Source: a virus
Taxonomy: Duplodnaviria > Caudoviricetes
DNA length: 54,367 bases
Virus record (IMG/VR): IMGVR_UViG_3300020591_000121
Span: 1-54,367 of that record
Reading direction: 5' to 3' (one strand)
The notes below the pieces were generated by a model that saw only the letters and a list, made by a program, of their open reading frames with translations, had not been told where the DNA came from and made no database searches. Made by a program: the position numbers and the translations under genes. Below, piece by piece: positions 53,949-54,367 of this stretch. The number at the start of each line of letters is the position of its first letter. Within the stretch, counting starts at the first letter, position 1.

Positions 53949-54034
53949 TGCCGTGGCTGCTCCGTGGGATCGCCGTCGTGTCCGTGCTCTCGTTCGTGCT
54001 CACCGTCGTCGCCAAGCTGAACACGATGCCATGA
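53948..54034 (+). CDS. 28-aa TM peptide
   Basis: MPWLLRGIAVVSVLSFVLTVVAKLNTMP; TGATG-coupled. Confidence 0.4.
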   Translation: MPWLLRGIAVVSVLSFVLTVVAKLNTMP

Positions 54035-54074
54035 CCGTCTAGGGTTACCCCGCCTCAGGATGGTCGTAGTGCAG

Positions 54075-54109
54075 GCCGCCTCCGCCCTTTCGGGGGTGGG
54101 GGCGGTTTT
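54075..54109 (+). terminator. Late operon terminator
   Basis: GCCGCCTCCGCCC/GGGTGGGGGCGGT followed by a T tract. Confidence 0.65.
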
Positions 54110-54126
54110 GTTGTATCTAGATCCGT

Positions 54127-54240
54127 GGTGCCAAATTGGTGTCACCGGTGGGGACATGTTTACGACATGTTCACGCGCGTAGCTGCATGGTAGAGCGCAA
54201 GCGCCAAGTCGTAAAAGGCCGTGAAATATATGGAATTTTG
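54127..54240. other. Probable att arm next to the tRNA 3' end
   Basis: Direct repeats TGGTGCCA/TGGTGTCA and ACATGTT x2 at 11-bp spacing; AT-rich stretch abutting the tRNA CCA. Confidence 0.45.
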
Positions 54241-54315
<75 letters not shown>

Positions 54316-54367
54316 GCTTGGGTGGCCCTGGGCCCGCCGGAGCGGGATCACGCAGAGCGCTGCCGGT

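Larger units (their letters stand above)
1..54240. mobile_element. Temperate siphovirus-type prophage, left end probably outside the window
   Basis: Complete lambdoid gene order (early-left, cI/cro, replication, terminase, portal, capsid, tail tube, tape measure, fibres, lysis) ending at the 3' end of a tRNA gene. No tail sheath or integrase seen. Confidence 0.95.

Overview
The window is almost entirely a temperate, lambda-organised siphovirus prophage. The host is probably an alphaproteobacterium (Hyphomicrobiales-like, inferred from the LexA-type, Omp25/RopB-type and DnaB sequences). From left to right it contains: (1) a leftward early operon (1-15.6 kb) with a C5 and an N6/N4 DNA methyltransferase, an HNH-AP2 endonuclease, a helicase remnant, a DnaN clamp, a RecT-like protein and an outer-membrane beta-barrel; (2) a cI/cro switch with TCAAG-N5-CTTGA operators; (3) a rightward early/replication region; (4) an accessory cassette at 24.6-27.7 kb; (5) packaging, head, tail, fibre and lysis genes; and (6) a tRNA-Thr(GGT) whose 3' end probably forms the right att junction. 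No integrase is visible, so it probably lies left of the window. The most unusual feature is a pair of genes 7 kb apart, one soluble (17414-18037) and one with four TM segments (24635-25699). They share a C-terminal HTH domain (25/50 identical, ungapped), and each carries an intragenic cluster of the palindrome CGAAC-N-GTTCG read in several different frames. The membrane gene lies in an antisense operon behind a 41-aa TM peptide and a complete type II hammerhead ribozyme, divergent from an RHH regulator. Other highlights are a probable dual-coding methyltransferase gene, a CI lacking its autocleavage residues, a LexA DNA-binding-domain-only protein and a structured intergenic RNA candidate. 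All family calls come from recognising motifs by eye; no searches were run.
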